DNA of 64,000 nt, taken from Podarcis vaucheri (lineage: Eukaryota). The stretch lies in the NCBI GenBank assembly GCA_965113315.1, contig OZ220368.1; one strand, written 5' to 3'. The notes under the pieces were generated by a model. It saw only the letters and a program-made list of their open reading frames with translations. It did no database searches and was not told the origin of the DNA. The position numbers were made by a program, and so were the translations under genes. The stretch's first letter is position 1. Every line of letters begins with the position of its first letter. Shown here in pieces: positions 24,668 to 38,085 of this stretch.

Positions 24668-27600
24668 TACTAACCTCCTGAGTGAGCTGTCTCACAGTAA
24701 CCTCTCCAGTCTGGGCCAGTGAGGTCGTTCATGAAGAGCACAATTCACATACTTGCATGAAGCATTTTTACAGAGAAACAAATGTTATTATAGAAGAAAA
24801 CACTTCTTTACTTGCAAGTAAGTCTAAGTCTGCGTATACACCATATATTTAAAGTCCATGACTTCCCCTGAAGAATCCTGGGAACTGTAGTTTGCTAAGG
24901 TGGGGGGGGAGGGAAAGGAATTGCAGCTTTGTGAGGTGTAGGGATGGTGGAGAAATGTGCTACAAGTGGGCTGAGGACTCAACCAGCCCGGAGTTTGCTA
25001 ACTTGCTATCTTTGTGAAGTGGTCTTGCTTTCAGTGACTTCCTGCAGATTGTCTCAATATCAGATTTATTTTTATTTTTAGACTATTGTTAACATGATTA
25101 CATCTCTTCTTATATTTTTAGTCAGCTACCACCACTGTCAAAGTTTGATCTTAACTGTCTGCTAAGTGGGTACACTCTGCCTCATTGATTGACTGCTGAT
25201 GTGATGAAGTTAGCCATTAGCCAACATTAACATTGATTGTATGGTAATTCAACTCCAATTTACTTACATCATAGGCTATGCAAGGTTCAAGTTAATATAA
25301 AATTTACGATGAACATCAGGAATTAAATGAATATCCAATGTGTGTGTGTGTGTGTGTTTATGTATATATTTATAAGAAAAAAGTAACAGCCCATGGGGAG
25401 ATAATTCCACCTAGCAAGCTGAAATGTTTGCGCTGACATAATGATTTACACATAGAGCAATGCTGAATTCCTCCCAGGCTGATTTTTTTCAAGACGGGTG
25501 ATGTTAAATGATTGTGATAATGAAAAATCCACCCTCAATCTGGGAAAGTGTCGAGTGAGCAGATCTTTGGGGGCTTAAAGTGCTCCTGTTCTTAGAACAA
25601 GCGCCATTCTTTAAACGGTGTCATTGTCTGTCTTCTCACAAATTTATTAAACAAACAATTCCCCCCCCCAAAAAAAATCCTATGGGTATAGGCAAAGCAA
25701 AGCTCTGCGAAAGGCAGTGCTCCAATTCCCCCCAATTTCCCCCAATTCCTACAGGGCCCTACTCAAAAGAAAATGAGCTAAATATTAAATTTATATAATT
25801 AAAGGATTCTGCCTTTCTGAAGAACATTCCAGACTGGAATCAGCAGACTGGAGAAGCAGCCAGAAGTTCAAGCTCTCACACAAAGATTACTCAATATATT
25901 TGGCTTTGGAGAAACAGAGCTGGAAATCATGCAAAAACATCTTTCTATGAAAAACTAGTTCAGCCAGTTTCTGGCTAAATATGCCACTTGGGCACTTTTG
26001 CTTTTTGGTCCCAACTGGAGCCAAGAAAAGCAGAGTTGTTTAAAAGGGAAAATAAATAACAATAAAACCCAGGGTTGACACCTAAACCCATATTCATTAA
26101 CTTACTGTTTCTCACCTGTCTCATCTGGCAGGGGTGGGGTGGGGTGGGGCAGTGTAATAATCTGCGTCTTCAATAACCACTAACTTTTTTATATAGATTG
26201 GAAGACCACAAAGTTGTGTGTTTGTGTGTGTTTTAATGAACTATAGAGCCTAGTGTGTGAGCCATTTTAACATATGCCCTCCTCTCTACCGTTTTAACCA
26301 AAGTTACAGAAAGCTATACTTAGTGGCAAGGGTTTGCAATGCTTCTCCAAAAAAGCTCAGGTTCAGAATCTGCAGGGTCTCCAGGAGAGTTTAATGGCCG
26401 TAAAGCAGCCACCATGAATGTATTTTCATATAACCCTGGTTCTCTAAACTTTATGCCAGCAGGACCTTCTCAATAGATCTTTATGGAAGAGCAACATAAG
26501 ACATCTGTGCAGATGCTGGAGTCTTCCATTGACCATCCTGTCTCAGGAAACCAGTAGGTTCTAGAGCTGAGCTTAAATATCTCTGAAGACACCTTTTCCT
26601 GAGAAAACTTCTGATATTTTTCTTCTTTTCATATCTGGAAACAGCTCTACAGGCTTGTCATCTGAGTGAAAAGTAGAGATGTGAGGAGGCAGTGACATCC
26701 GTTCCATCCTGGGTCCATTGCAGTCAGCACTGTTTCTTTTCACTGCAGTTCAGCTTTCACTAAAATCTATGTTATTATTAGTCTCACTAACTTAGGAAAT
26801 TAATTACATAATTACATAATTAATTTAAATGCATTTCATTGGAAGGTAAATGACAAACACAATACAGCAAATAATGTAATTATGTACATAACATTTGTGT
26901 ACAGAGAAACCCAATGACACTGAACACTGCTCATATTCACTTACGTGATTTCTGTTCCTAACCTCTAATGAACATGCAAACTGTGGGGATTTCCACTCTT
27001 GTTTCTGTTTTTGATGGAATTCTCCAACATCCCATCTGAAAACCAACTTCCAAAACATATAGCTTTTCTGCACCAATACTATGCCATCCTGGTAGAATTT
27101 CTTACATCTGTAACTAGCCCATTTGGACCAATCTTCAGATCAGAGGAGATAAATATTTCCCAGTTCCCTGCTTCCATTTCCTTGAGTTTTACACACAGTG
27201 TTCACTCTGATCCAGAGATTCACAATCTTAGCTGAAAACTGTACTTCTGTAAATGAAGTTCATTACCTCAAACCAATTTCAAATTTAAATTATTACACTT
27301 GAAAACTGAACTCATTTGCATGTACTGTTAATCGTATAATTGCTAGTCTTATAAAACAAACTGGAGGCCTTGAAAATCTCTCTTTGAAATGCTATTGTAC
27401 AACACCAACTGTTCGTCTCTTTATAATTCTTGCCATCCTTTTTTTTTGCGTCTCAACACACCTATGCCCCCCCTTTGCCTTTATGTACTGCCCTTAGACC
27501 TTGCCCCAAGCTTCCAGATTCTGTGGTGAAATAACACAACATTCTACTTCCTTTTCTTTTCATAGTAAGTATATTTGCATAATTCCTTCTGTTTGCAAAA

Positions 27601-27704
27601 TCTATTTCAATTACGGAAGTTGGATTTCTTTGCTGATGTATTGACTTTTTTCTGTGCTTATGTCTAAATGAAATAGTCACACAATATCAGTGACATGCTT
27701 GTAC

Positions 27705-28362
27705 CTTGAGACTGGTGAGATCCTGCCACGACCCACTGTATATTGAACCGACTTTCAATTTGTTGTTGCTCAAATACAGCTCCTGCAGCTTTGACATCCC
27801 AGATAACGTGCGCCTGGGAATAGAGCTGATCTCGTTCACTTTCAGTTTCAGGCTTAGCAGGTTCTTTGGGAAGCCGTAAGGCATGGTATTGAGATTATTG
27901 CCTGAAAGATCCAAAGATTTCAGTAGCCTCAGCTTACGGAAAGCCTCCCGGTGAATCTGTGAGCTGGTGATCTTATTGTAACTAAGGTTTAGCTCCTCCA
28001 TAAAATAAGTGGTAGCAAAATCATTTCTGTTAATTTCCGATATCTGGTTGTGAAGAATCATAAGAGTTTTAACCCGTCTGGGCAGCCCACTGGGGATCTT
28101 TTCCAGCTGGTTGTTGTACAAGTGGACTGTGTGTAACTTCTTCAGGCCATGGAAAGCCTGAGGGTGGATCCCCCGGGCCTTCAACTTGTTATTGTGAAGC
28201 AGAAGGTATTCCAGGTTCTTGATCTGGGTCAAGACATCCCTGCCTATTGACTTAATTGCATTTTTCTCTAGGTGGAGAAGGACGATGTTTCGAGGTAAGC
28301 CACTTGGGATCTGGGAAAGGTTATTGCTGGACAAATCCAGGTACTCAAGGCTCGAAAGTTTC
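27705..28362 (-). CDS. PODN: PODN coding exon (about exon 8), 658 bp
   Basis: cttccaag| ... |gtacaa; matches ORF 27687..28334; tandem LxxLxLxxNxL repeats. Confidence 0.97.
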
Positions 28363-29227
28363 CTTGGAAGAAAAAGGGGTGAAATGAATGTTCTTAGTTA
28401 AACTTTTTTTAAAAAAATGAATGGAAATCTATAAAGTGGGGTGAGAAACTTGTGCCCTTCCAGCTGTTGCTGGGCTCCATCTCTCATCATCCTTGACCTT
28501 TTAATTTTAGGCAAGCTTGCTGGGGTTGATGTAAGATGGGGTCTAACAATATCAGAAGCAAGATTAGCTGATTGTTGGGCTCCATCAGCCCCACATGTTC
28601 CACCTCCACTTTATAACCTAACTTAATAACTTAGTAGCTTTTGATTTGAACTTAAGTGTTCTGCAAAAACATTTATGCTCCTTCCTCTAACTACTCATAG
28701 GATCTAATGAAAGACCTCCATACTCATTAAGCCACAGTTTCCCTTTATATCCCAGTCAGGAAACTGTGGTTTAATCGTCAACTCTAAACTAGGAAACAAA
28801 ATCAGAGTTTGATTCTGGGTGCTTGGAAGCATAGAGTGTGGGATTATTTTCCGAGCTTTGCATTAGCTCAGAAAATGAACAGTTGTTTTCAGAGATAACT
28901 TAATCGATTTCTGAGTCAATTCAATCGCAGTGTCTAACAAAAATAGAGGGAAAGTTATTCTCATATGCAGCCCTGTTTTGGGTATTTTAAAAAAAGGGTC
29001 AATACTCATATATTGATAAAAATGTTGTGCGTGCCAGCACAAAATGGATGCCATGGGCAGCAAAGAGAGAAGAGGTGGCAGTACTCCATAATACCACAAA
29101 AAACACAGCTTATAGGAGATTGGATGTGTTGTTATTGTTCTTAATGTGTTGACAAATTATTAACAAAGTAGAATAGCTATAAGGCAACATGTGGCTGACA
29201 TCCACTAAAGAAAATCAACATGCTCAC

Positions 29228-29343
29228 CAAAAGGTTTCATTGTCCATGCCCTCATTTGTCAGTTTGTTGTTCTGCAAATACAGCTCTCGAAGTCCTGAAA
29301 GCTCACTAAAAGCTCCTTTAGGAATCTTCTCCAATTTGTTGTT
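29228..29343 (-). CDS. PODN: PODN coding exon (about exon 7), 116 bp
   Basis: atggcag| ... |gtgagc; [38 protein letters not shown]. Confidence 0.95.
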
Positions 29344-29439
29344 CTGCCATTAGAAACACAGGAAGTAGATCATGAATTTGTTCATCCTAACATCATAGTC
29401 CTCAAAGTACAAGGTGGACATCTCTGAGGTGGTACAGTG

Positions 29440-30060
29440 ATATTAGAGTTGCCAAAAACAGTTTTCTGCAGCTAACAAATTCCTGGATAAATAGAAATGT
29501 TTTTAAATTCCTTCTGAAAATTAATAACGATGGAGGCAGATGCACCTCACTAGGGAGGGCATTCCACAACTGGGGAACCACCACTGAAAAGGCCCTGTTA
29601 CAGGTCAGCGCCAACTGGGCAGCCTCTAGTGGCGGTACTACCAGCAAGGCCTTCTCTGCCAATTGTAGGGTCTGAGGTGGTTGGTATTGGGAAAGGTGCT
29701 ATTTTAGCTACTTGGGTCCCAAGCAATTTGTGGATGATGATGATGATGATTTATATGCTAGTACTGATACCTTGAATTTGGCTAGTACAGTGCTTTCAGG
29801 ACCTGTGTCACACGGTCCCATTGAAGTACCCCACTTTCCAGCATAGCAACTGCATTCTACGCTAGCTGACAGCTACTAGCTGCAGCCTCTAGACAGCCTT
29901 CAAGGGTAGCCCCATGTAAAGTGCATAAAGTAGCAGGTCACTAGATTGTGCACAGCTGAGGCCAGGCTATGCCAGTCCAGGAATGGCTGTAGCTGGCAAA
30001 CAAGCCTACGTTGGGCATAAGCACTCCTAGCCACAGAATTCCTCAAATACTCTTGGACAG
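29440..30060 (-). mobile_element. Degenerate L2 LINE 3' fragment
   Basis: ORF 29402..29662 contains RAFSVVVPQLWNALP...FRRNLKTFLF, the typical L2 ORF2 C-terminus. Confidence 0.85.
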
Positions 30061-30226
30061 AGAGCACAACCCACAAACATGATAGACAGAAAAACAGACA
30101 GACAGCTAGATAGACATGTGGTGATTTCAAAGGGATCAGATTTACAAAGTGTGATTTCCTGCCATGTAAAGAAGCACAATCCTATCCCCAAGGAGAAGAA
30201 CTACTGTAATAGAATTGCCATCTTAC

Positions 30227-30383
30227 CTTTAGATGTAATTTATACAGTGCTGATGGTAAATTCTTTGGAACATATTTTAAGAAATTGCTGGACATGATCA
30301 AGACCTCCACATTATCAGAACCATTGAACATGCTTTCTGGTAACCCAGCATCTTCCAGTTTATTGTTGTGAAGGTACACTGAC
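30227..30383 (-). CDS. PODN: PODN coding exon (about exon 6), 157 bp
   Basis: ccggtag| ... |gtaaga; [52 protein letters not shown]. Confidence 0.96.
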
Positions 30384-31374
30384 CTACCGGAAAGGGAAAT
30401 AGACTAAGTTAGGAATGAGTGCAGATATAGCTACTTGGTTTTGTTTCATAAAGTTTTCTGGAAATGACCTCTAAAAACTGTTGATCAGGAGCTCTTCCTC
30501 ACCTTATTCAGCCTTGGGATCAATTGTGAGGATGCAGATGGGAAACCTAGGGGGGCTGGGCTGAGCCCCCAGGTCATGTTGCCTGCCCTTGCCTTAAATA
30601 CAGGCTGATGACTGCTACCCATTGCCATCCTTTTGGATGCGGGCTACTAACCCACCCTGGTTGCTGGAGTACTGAGAGCCCTGAGGCCTCCTAAGGAGCC
30701 ACTCATTGCTTTTCATTATGATCCACTAGTTTTATTCCTTCAGATCCTGAAACTTAAAGACTACATAAGACTGAAGCTCTGATACTCACCTAGTTTTTTT
30801 ATTCCTGCCGCAGCCCCAATAGAAAGCTTCACCCCCCAAAACCAAACTCCCTAAACTGAAGGTAACCTCAACTATAAATTGTGGAGGAGAATTCTGTATC
30901 AGACTTCATTACTGGATAGAGAAACTGTGGTCCTCCAAATGTCGTTCTACCCATCAGCCTCAGCCAGCATGGCCAATGATCAGGCATGATGTGTGCTACA
31001 GTCCAACAAATACTGGGCCGCATACCTGATCTATGTAGTCTTCCTTATTCTTGTTTATGAAGTATTTGCTAGCAAATCTTTGAGGGGTGATGTTGGGAAC
31101 CTCTACTCCTGGACAAACGGATCACAAAGCCAATGAGCTGAATTTCTGTTACAGTATTCTGCGACACTTTCCAGCACAATTGCTATTTGCATGCAAACGA
31201 CATCCAGCAGAAGCAACCAGAATTAATTCATCTTCAAAGATAAACAATTCTCTTCCTCCGGCTACAATTTGTAGGCCGCAAGTGGTTTTTACTAAACAAT
31301 TACTTTCCCCCATCTGCCACAGAAGCAGTGCGACATTCTTCCTCTTGCAGTTGCCTCTTAACCCCTCTGTTTAC

Positions 31375-31484
31375 CTCAGGTTTGGCTTCTGTCCGAATGT
31401 GAGCTCATAAATCTTAGTGAGATTATTGGCTGCAAAATCAGCACTGATCAAGGTCCTCGGGAGGCATTTCGGAGCCGCCGTGAG
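31375..31484 (-). CDS. PODN: PODN coding exon (about exon 5), 110 bp
   Basis: ttttccag| ... |gtaaac; [36 protein letters not shown]. Confidence 0.96.
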
Positions 31485-34325
31485 CTGGAAAACAAAATAT
31501 GGTGCCAGAAGAGGATATTGTGGTCTGAGACACAAGGCTTCAAACTGCCACCATTGCCAGTTTTGCAACAAAAGATTATCAGGCTATTTGTTTCAATGAG
31601 GAAACCTAACAAGGTCAAGCTCCGAAAAGTGGAGCTCCCTCACAGCAGTGAAGATTTCTGTCTTCCTCACAAATATAAGTAAACACTGTAGGAAACAGTT
31701 AATTTTTTGTTTCAGCATCCCTGGAAGGAGTTTTGTTTGTATTGAGACATATTTTGTTTTGTTAATACTGGGGGGGAATAGTGGATTCAGAGAGTAAATA
31801 AATGTTATGCTACGTTTATAATCCTTTCAAGAAATAGTTCAGTGACCTTTCCTGGAAAAATCTCATGAGAAAACAAGAGCATATGACAGGCTCCCCCTCT
31901 GAGTTTTCATCAAATTTCTGAAGGGTACTTCTTCTCACACTATCTTTGAAAGACACGGGTTTACTTTGTGAGCTGTAACCTTGTCTGCAGACATGTTGGA
32001 TTGTAATGGACAAACTATGAATATATTATTCAATATTTATTTAGTGTCTGTTGGAAGCTGAGCATTGTACAGAACAGAGGAAAGACATATTGTGAAAGAA
32101 ATGAAATTATTCAGAAAGAATATGCTCTTAATACAAATTTGCTTGTGGAAAATTTAAATGTGTGCTCTTCTAATGTAGTTTATTTTCAAAATTCCTACTT
32201 ATGAATCCTGTTAGTTTTAAGATTTTAGTACTGTACTACATTTGACAAGGTGGTTCCTTAATAAGACTGCCAATAACACAAGGCTGGGGAACTGGGTCGC
32301 TTTAAGTTTTAACATATATTATCAACAGGAAAGACCCAGGAATTTGTCTCTTTAAAAATAAATAAATTAAAAATGAGTTGGGAAATTAAATTCTGGAGAT
32401 TCAAATTGCAAATGTGCGTACAATATTCCCACTATATATTTTTTTACGTTCGGCTTATGTAACTTTTAATGCTTTGCTTTCATAGCCAAAGTGGTACTGC
32501 CAAAAAAAAAATATGTATCAACAGGTTCAGTGAAGCTCCAAGGTTTACTCAAGTACAAAAGCAATTTCAAAGGGGGGGGGACCACTGAGGTGAGGGTGAT
32601 TCACCCAAAACAGTCCAATGAAGACTGAATATGCTCAGTTTTCATAGAATGCTGGTTGACATTTTGGGACAGAAATGGAATCCAGGAGAAGGGCATGGCA
32701 GGCTGCCTGGCATCCCAACCAGAAACACTCGACGCTGCAACATTTTGTTGCACGTCCCACTTCTAATACTGTTTCAGAAGTTACATTTTCTCGGATGAAG
32801 TTTAGATTTCCTGCTACAGATATTTTTTTTTTCCGTTTGGCATAGGTATATATTATCGTCAAGCCTTATATGTGCTCTTCTAGTCAAAGTTGCCAAGCAC
32901 ATAACAGTACATGATTCTTGTGAAAGCACCCTGTCTCCAGCATATCCTTGCCCTCATGCTCAGTATGGGCCTTGGCTATCCTGCACTGTTTACTTCAGTG
33001 TCCTAGTTCTCAGTATGTTCACAGTGGTTCTGAATATGTAGAACTACCAAGCTATGTTTGCATGTGTATACCATATTCAAAGTTTTGCTTCTATTATTCA
33101 GATACAATTTTCTTCTGCAGCAGGAACAGGGAGGTTAATGGCCATTTTATCACAAAGAGCTGGGTGTGTGTGTGTGGAATTGGACAGAAACGTTTTGGAA
33201 TATTAGTCACAGCCTGGCTCGTGTTCTTCTTTTTTTTTTTGCAGCTGTTCACTGCCAAAACTGTTACATGGAAAATTGCTGTAAATGGGAGGAAAGGACA
33301 TGATGTTACTGGAGAAGCAGTTTGATACTGCACCTAACCCACAACAGGGTAAACTCATTTGAAAGAGTTGGTGGAGTCAATGCAGTTTCCTTTGATATGA
33401 TAACCACTCCGATTGTCAATGATCAGCTACTGCTACACCAATACAGTCAGTGCTGTGGAAAATGGAAGTTTCAATGGCCACAGCTATGGAACACCATGAA
33501 ACTATTTACTGCTGTCTGTCTGCAGCACGTCACGGTCCCTACTGCATCTTTAAAGTTCTAACACTCTAAGCCAAAAGAATACAGTTGAAAAGCAAGCCAC
33601 TGTCAAACTACTCTTTAGTTACGAAGAAAAGGATGATTCAGTCTCTTTCAACTCATGTCAGTTTCACAGGTACTTTTTCATAAGTCCGTTCTGTCTTGTT
33701 TCTGAATTCATCTGCATTTCTAACTTTAAAACATGTGCATTTAAATAAGTATTTTTCAACATATTGTCTCACAAAATATTCATTTCCAAATGTATTTTGT
33801 TCTGAATGGGCATTTCATAAGTTTTACCGGTATATGTTTTTCGAGCCAAGAATTGCATTGCAACATAGATAACTCTGTCCTGATCCACACATTCGTCTCT
33901 CTGGGATCAGTCAGTTCATGCAAATAATGAATTTCTCAAGCAATACTAAATGAAGAAACTAGGTAAAGTGTTTATCTCAACCAAGGGTGGGGGACCTCCA
34001 GCTCAGGGGCCAAATGTGACCTTCTAGACCTCTCTGTCCAGACTCCATGCCATACCCCTCATTGATTTTCCTCCGTGCACTCCTTGTGTGCTCTTGCCTG
34101 CCCAGATTGTGTCCTTGAAATGTCATCGCTCTTCTTATTTGCCTGGGTGGAGATGGGGTGTGTGGGTGTAAAATCCTGTGAATACAGTATAAGTCCAAAA
34201 GAAATATCTATTGCTCCCACCACGGTTCCCCATGAGGGAATGTGGCCCTTGGCTGAATGGGTTCCTGGTCCCCAGTCCATACACACATAACCAACAGCAG
34301 CTCTTGTAAGACCACATTTGCTTAC

Positions 34326-34390
34326 CTGATTATTGGCAAGATACAGGTAATTCAAGTTCTCCAGCTGGTCAAACACTTCTTCTGGAAGTC
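34326..34390 (-). CDS. PODN: PODN coding exon (about exon 4), 65 bp
   Basis: tttgaag| ... |gtaagc; GLPEEVFDQLENLNYLYLANNQ. Confidence 0.95.
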
Positions 34391-35949
34391 CTTCAAATAA
34401 TAGGAATATTTTGACAATTAGTACCCCTCAGGAGTCGCCAATGAGCAACTAAATCTATGACCATCATTCTTCCCCTTTAAAAAATGACTAGAAATATCAG
34501 ATTCGTATTTAATTTTTATCTTTACGTAAGTTGCAACCCAAAGAGCTACTTTAGGCACACCCAAAGGTTTCACCATTTCCAGTGAGAATTTCTTTCGTGT
34601 TTTGAGCAGCAGGTCATTCCAGATTACAATTTGCTTTTGAAAGTCCCCTCAGTTTCAAATGTAGCTTCCTATGCAGCTCCCCCCACCCCCGCCCCAAATA
34701 TAAGCCAAAGCCCTCTTTGACACATAGAACTAACTGTGAGCATGCTTGCATCCCAAAATAAAAACAAGTTGTTACAAACTATGTGGATTAGACTTAGCCT
34801 TTAAGGATCTGCAGAGTAGGCTGGTGTAGGTGAACATTTTTACTTGTGTCCACAATCAGGGTACTATTTTCTTTTTACAGTGAAGCATTTTCAGTGGATC
34901 TCTAAAGACTGACATGTACATGAAGCCCATGCTATTTGGCAATGCCTGCCCTCAGACAACCAAAGGTCTCCTATTCTTTTAAATGTGGTCTCCAGTAAAA
35001 GGCTTTTACTGAGAGTGTAGACCTGAAGTTTCTCCACCAACTGAATTTTTGGAATGGGGGGGGCAGGGGGAGAATTCACATTCACATAGAAGGAAGCAAC
35101 AAGGTGCTTTCAAACATAAGCTTGGACCATTAGTTAGTTTTCAGTCCCAGACTTGAACACACATAAGCACACACCTGGATTCTCCTCAAGATTTCTTAAT
35201 TGTAGCAGCATAATTTGGGAAGGGGTGCGGTTAAACTATAGTGCGGATGTGACCGCGGAAAATTATGTCAATCTGCTGCAAATCATCCAGAGACAAAGGC
35301 AACACAAAGTGTTTCACCAGCATCCCTCTCTGCTCCTTTCCCGGCTTCCTTGTTAATTGTTTTGCCACCACTAATGAGCTGGCACCAGTGGCCATGCTAT
35401 TGCCTCTGGCTCTTCCTCTGCTCGGCCTCACTCTGAAGGGCCCAGATTTCCTGCGCCATCAGAACTTTGGATAGAGATTTATCCATCTTGCCCAGAACAC
35501 CTTCTCTGAATAATCCCTGGCCTTCCTCAGAGTAAGACAAACAGGAGTGGGAGCAGAGGTATGGCCAATGCAAGCAGTTAATGAGGGGAAGAGGTGAGCA
35601 AGTGGGGGCCATGGTGGTGGCAGAGAGGGGAAAAGCAGGGAATGGATCTGCAGAACTACATATATACAATGTGAGTAGCTGTGTGGGCAGGCAGTAGCTG
35701 TCTGGCAAGGCCAGTGGGTGAAGGGGAAGGAGGCTGGGAATGCAAATCCACACACACACCCATTGCCTGAGGCAACTGCCTCATTTTGTCTCAATGAGAT
35801 CTTACCAGAAGTTCCCAAACCGCCTTCTGCCTGCCTTAAACAACTCCACAGTCCCTGCACGTACTATCTCTCTCCCCTCGTCAAACCCCTCCTCAAAACC
35901 CACTTCTTCCATGTGACCCACATCCCTTCAATCTTCACCCCCAGCTATA

Positions 35950-36325
35950 GGCAAAGGACCCCTGGAAAGTTAAGTCCAGTTGAATTTGATTATGGGGTGA
36001 GGCACTCATGTCCACTTTCAGGCGAAGGGAGCTGGCGTTTGTCCACAGACAACTTTCTGGGTCATGTGGCCAGCATAACTAAACCGCTTCTGGTGCAACG
36101 GGTCACCGTGATGAGTGTCAGAGCGCATTGAAATGCCGTTTACCTTCCTGCCGCAGCAGCACCTATTTATCTTCTCGCGCTGGTATGCTTTCAAACTGCT
36201 AGGTTGGCAGGAGCAGGGACAGAACAATGAGAGCTCACTATGTTGCAGGCATTTGAACTGCCGACCTTACAATCAGCAAGCCCTAGAGGCTTGGTGGTTT
36301 ACACCACAGCGCCACCTGTGTCCCT
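35950..36325 (-). mobile_element. Sauria SINE (more diverged subfamily), antisense to the 22228 copy
   Basis: Reverse complement of the Sauria head and body; imperfect TSD ccccagctata / ccccaactata; inserted next to an L2 3' fragment (about 35390-35930). Confidence 0.9.
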
Positions 36326-36655
36326 CCCCAACTATAACCGAGTTCTGAGTATGCACAAAAGTGTTTGCCTTCATTCTGTCTTTCCCACCCTCTTCTCTCT
36401 GTAGATCTGTATGTACAGTACGTAGCTCTTTTACATATTGTGCATGTGGATAGCACCAAACTTATAAATTCCGGAAATTAGGGCTTCACAATACTATCAA
36501 GAGTTAAGCCAAGGAAAGGGGGATCAAATTACATTTCACTCCTCCTCGTGGGTGATATGCAGTGTTAGTCACTGGCAAGCATCAACATTCCTCCTAGTCC
36601 AATGAAAGACAGCGAATCAGGAGTTAAGAGGCCAGTCTGGATTTTTGCAGCTTAC

Positions 36656-36749
36656 CTTTGGAAGTGAGTCTATTATTTTGCAAGTTGAGTGTTTCTAGCC
36701 TGTAAAGACGTGCCAGCTCCTCTGGAAAGATTTCTTCTATCTGATTGTT
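36656..36749 (-). CDS. PODN: PODN coding exon (about exon 3), 94 bp
   Basis: cttctttcag| ... |gtaagc; [31 protein letters not shown]. Confidence 0.96.
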
Positions 36750-37821
36750 CTGAAAGAAGTGAAAAGATTTATCAATACCTCGAGGCACATGGGAACATTC
36801 CCCATTGAAGCAAAAGGGTGCTCCCGAGAATCTTCACCTGGATTTGAATGGCAGGATCGCTTCTCTCTAAAATGGGCTGGTGGGATGGAGCTGTTCAGCC
36901 TTCTGTCCTGCTGATGCAGCTGCTTTGGAGCACAAGCTTTTGCTTGTGCTGCAGCAGACACATGCACAGAGAGAGAGCACAAGACAGAACCAGGCAAATC
37001 ATATGGGCCAGAATGAAAGAGTTGCTTTAGAGGCACCCAAGAACTTGGACTGGCCCAGCTGATTTTGTAAAAAACGAGGATTTTCTTTTTGAAGTGCAAA
37101 CACCCACGTCCTATTTCAAACTGCTTTGAAAACCCCCAACAGAAGGTTGTGGGTGGCTATTATGTAAGCCCAAGCATTCCTTAATGCAGACAAGTCGTGC
37201 AGTTCTTTGGATGCAGGCCATAGTGGAATATGGAAGATTACTGAATTTTACAACGTATGTTTGTGCAGCATTTTGCATCCTCACTGATAATATAGCTCAG
37301 TGTCTAGGGGCACTTCCAGACTGAATCCTGCAGCCTGACAACAGCAACACTCACATGACGTTAAATTGAGGGTGTGGAGGACTTGCACAGCAACCCCGCC
37401 TCCCCAAAAGATTGGACTTTTTGCGATTAGAAAAGTGATGGGAAAATACACTGGGAAATGTATGATAGTACTTGCTTTGATGCTGCATTATCTAACCTCC
37501 TGCAAATAAGTCAGAATGAATGTTCATTAAATAGCTGTCATCTAGTCTCCCTGCAAACAAACCAGGATGAATGTGCAGTAAACAAGCTATCTGGAAGCAC
37601 CCTGTATGACTAGTACAATAAGTTAAGAATGCCTTAGCTCACACTGCACTCTTCCACAAATAGGCCACAAATCAATATTTTCATAATACCTTTTCCTTTA
37701 GCCAGACCTGATACCTTTGCTTTAGGCCCTGTATTGTACAAACATCATTACAAACAGCTACAAGAAAACTGTGGGCCTGATCCCACAAACAGTTTGCAGT
37801 CCATGTTTAGTTTTACAATAC

Positions 37822-38085
37822 CTGTAAGGAAAGGTGGCTTGTCAATTCTGGTACATCTATGGGAAATTCTTTCAGTGAAAACCCTCCACAATCCACAATT
37901 CCTTCTGGATTGCAAGTGCATTTTTTAGGACAATCTGGAGCCAAAGAATTACGTTCTGGGTCTATTAGTTCCGATGAATCTTCTGGGAACTCATTGCTGT
38001 CTGCATTCTTCCGAGCTTGAATCCTGCTGGAGCTAAGTGCCAAGAGCCATAGCACAGGGAACAGGGACCCGAACTTTAAGTACAT
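37822..38085 (-). CDS. PODN: PODN first coding exon (exon begins at 38090): signal peptide and N-terminal Cys cluster
   Basis: ttgatttcag|tggaaATG; MYLKFGSLFPVLWLLALSSS hydrophobic leader; CPKKCTCNPEGIVDC fits the CX3CXCX7C class V SLRP signature; donor |gtattg. Spliced CDS is 1791 nt = 596 aa plus stop. Confidence 0.95.
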
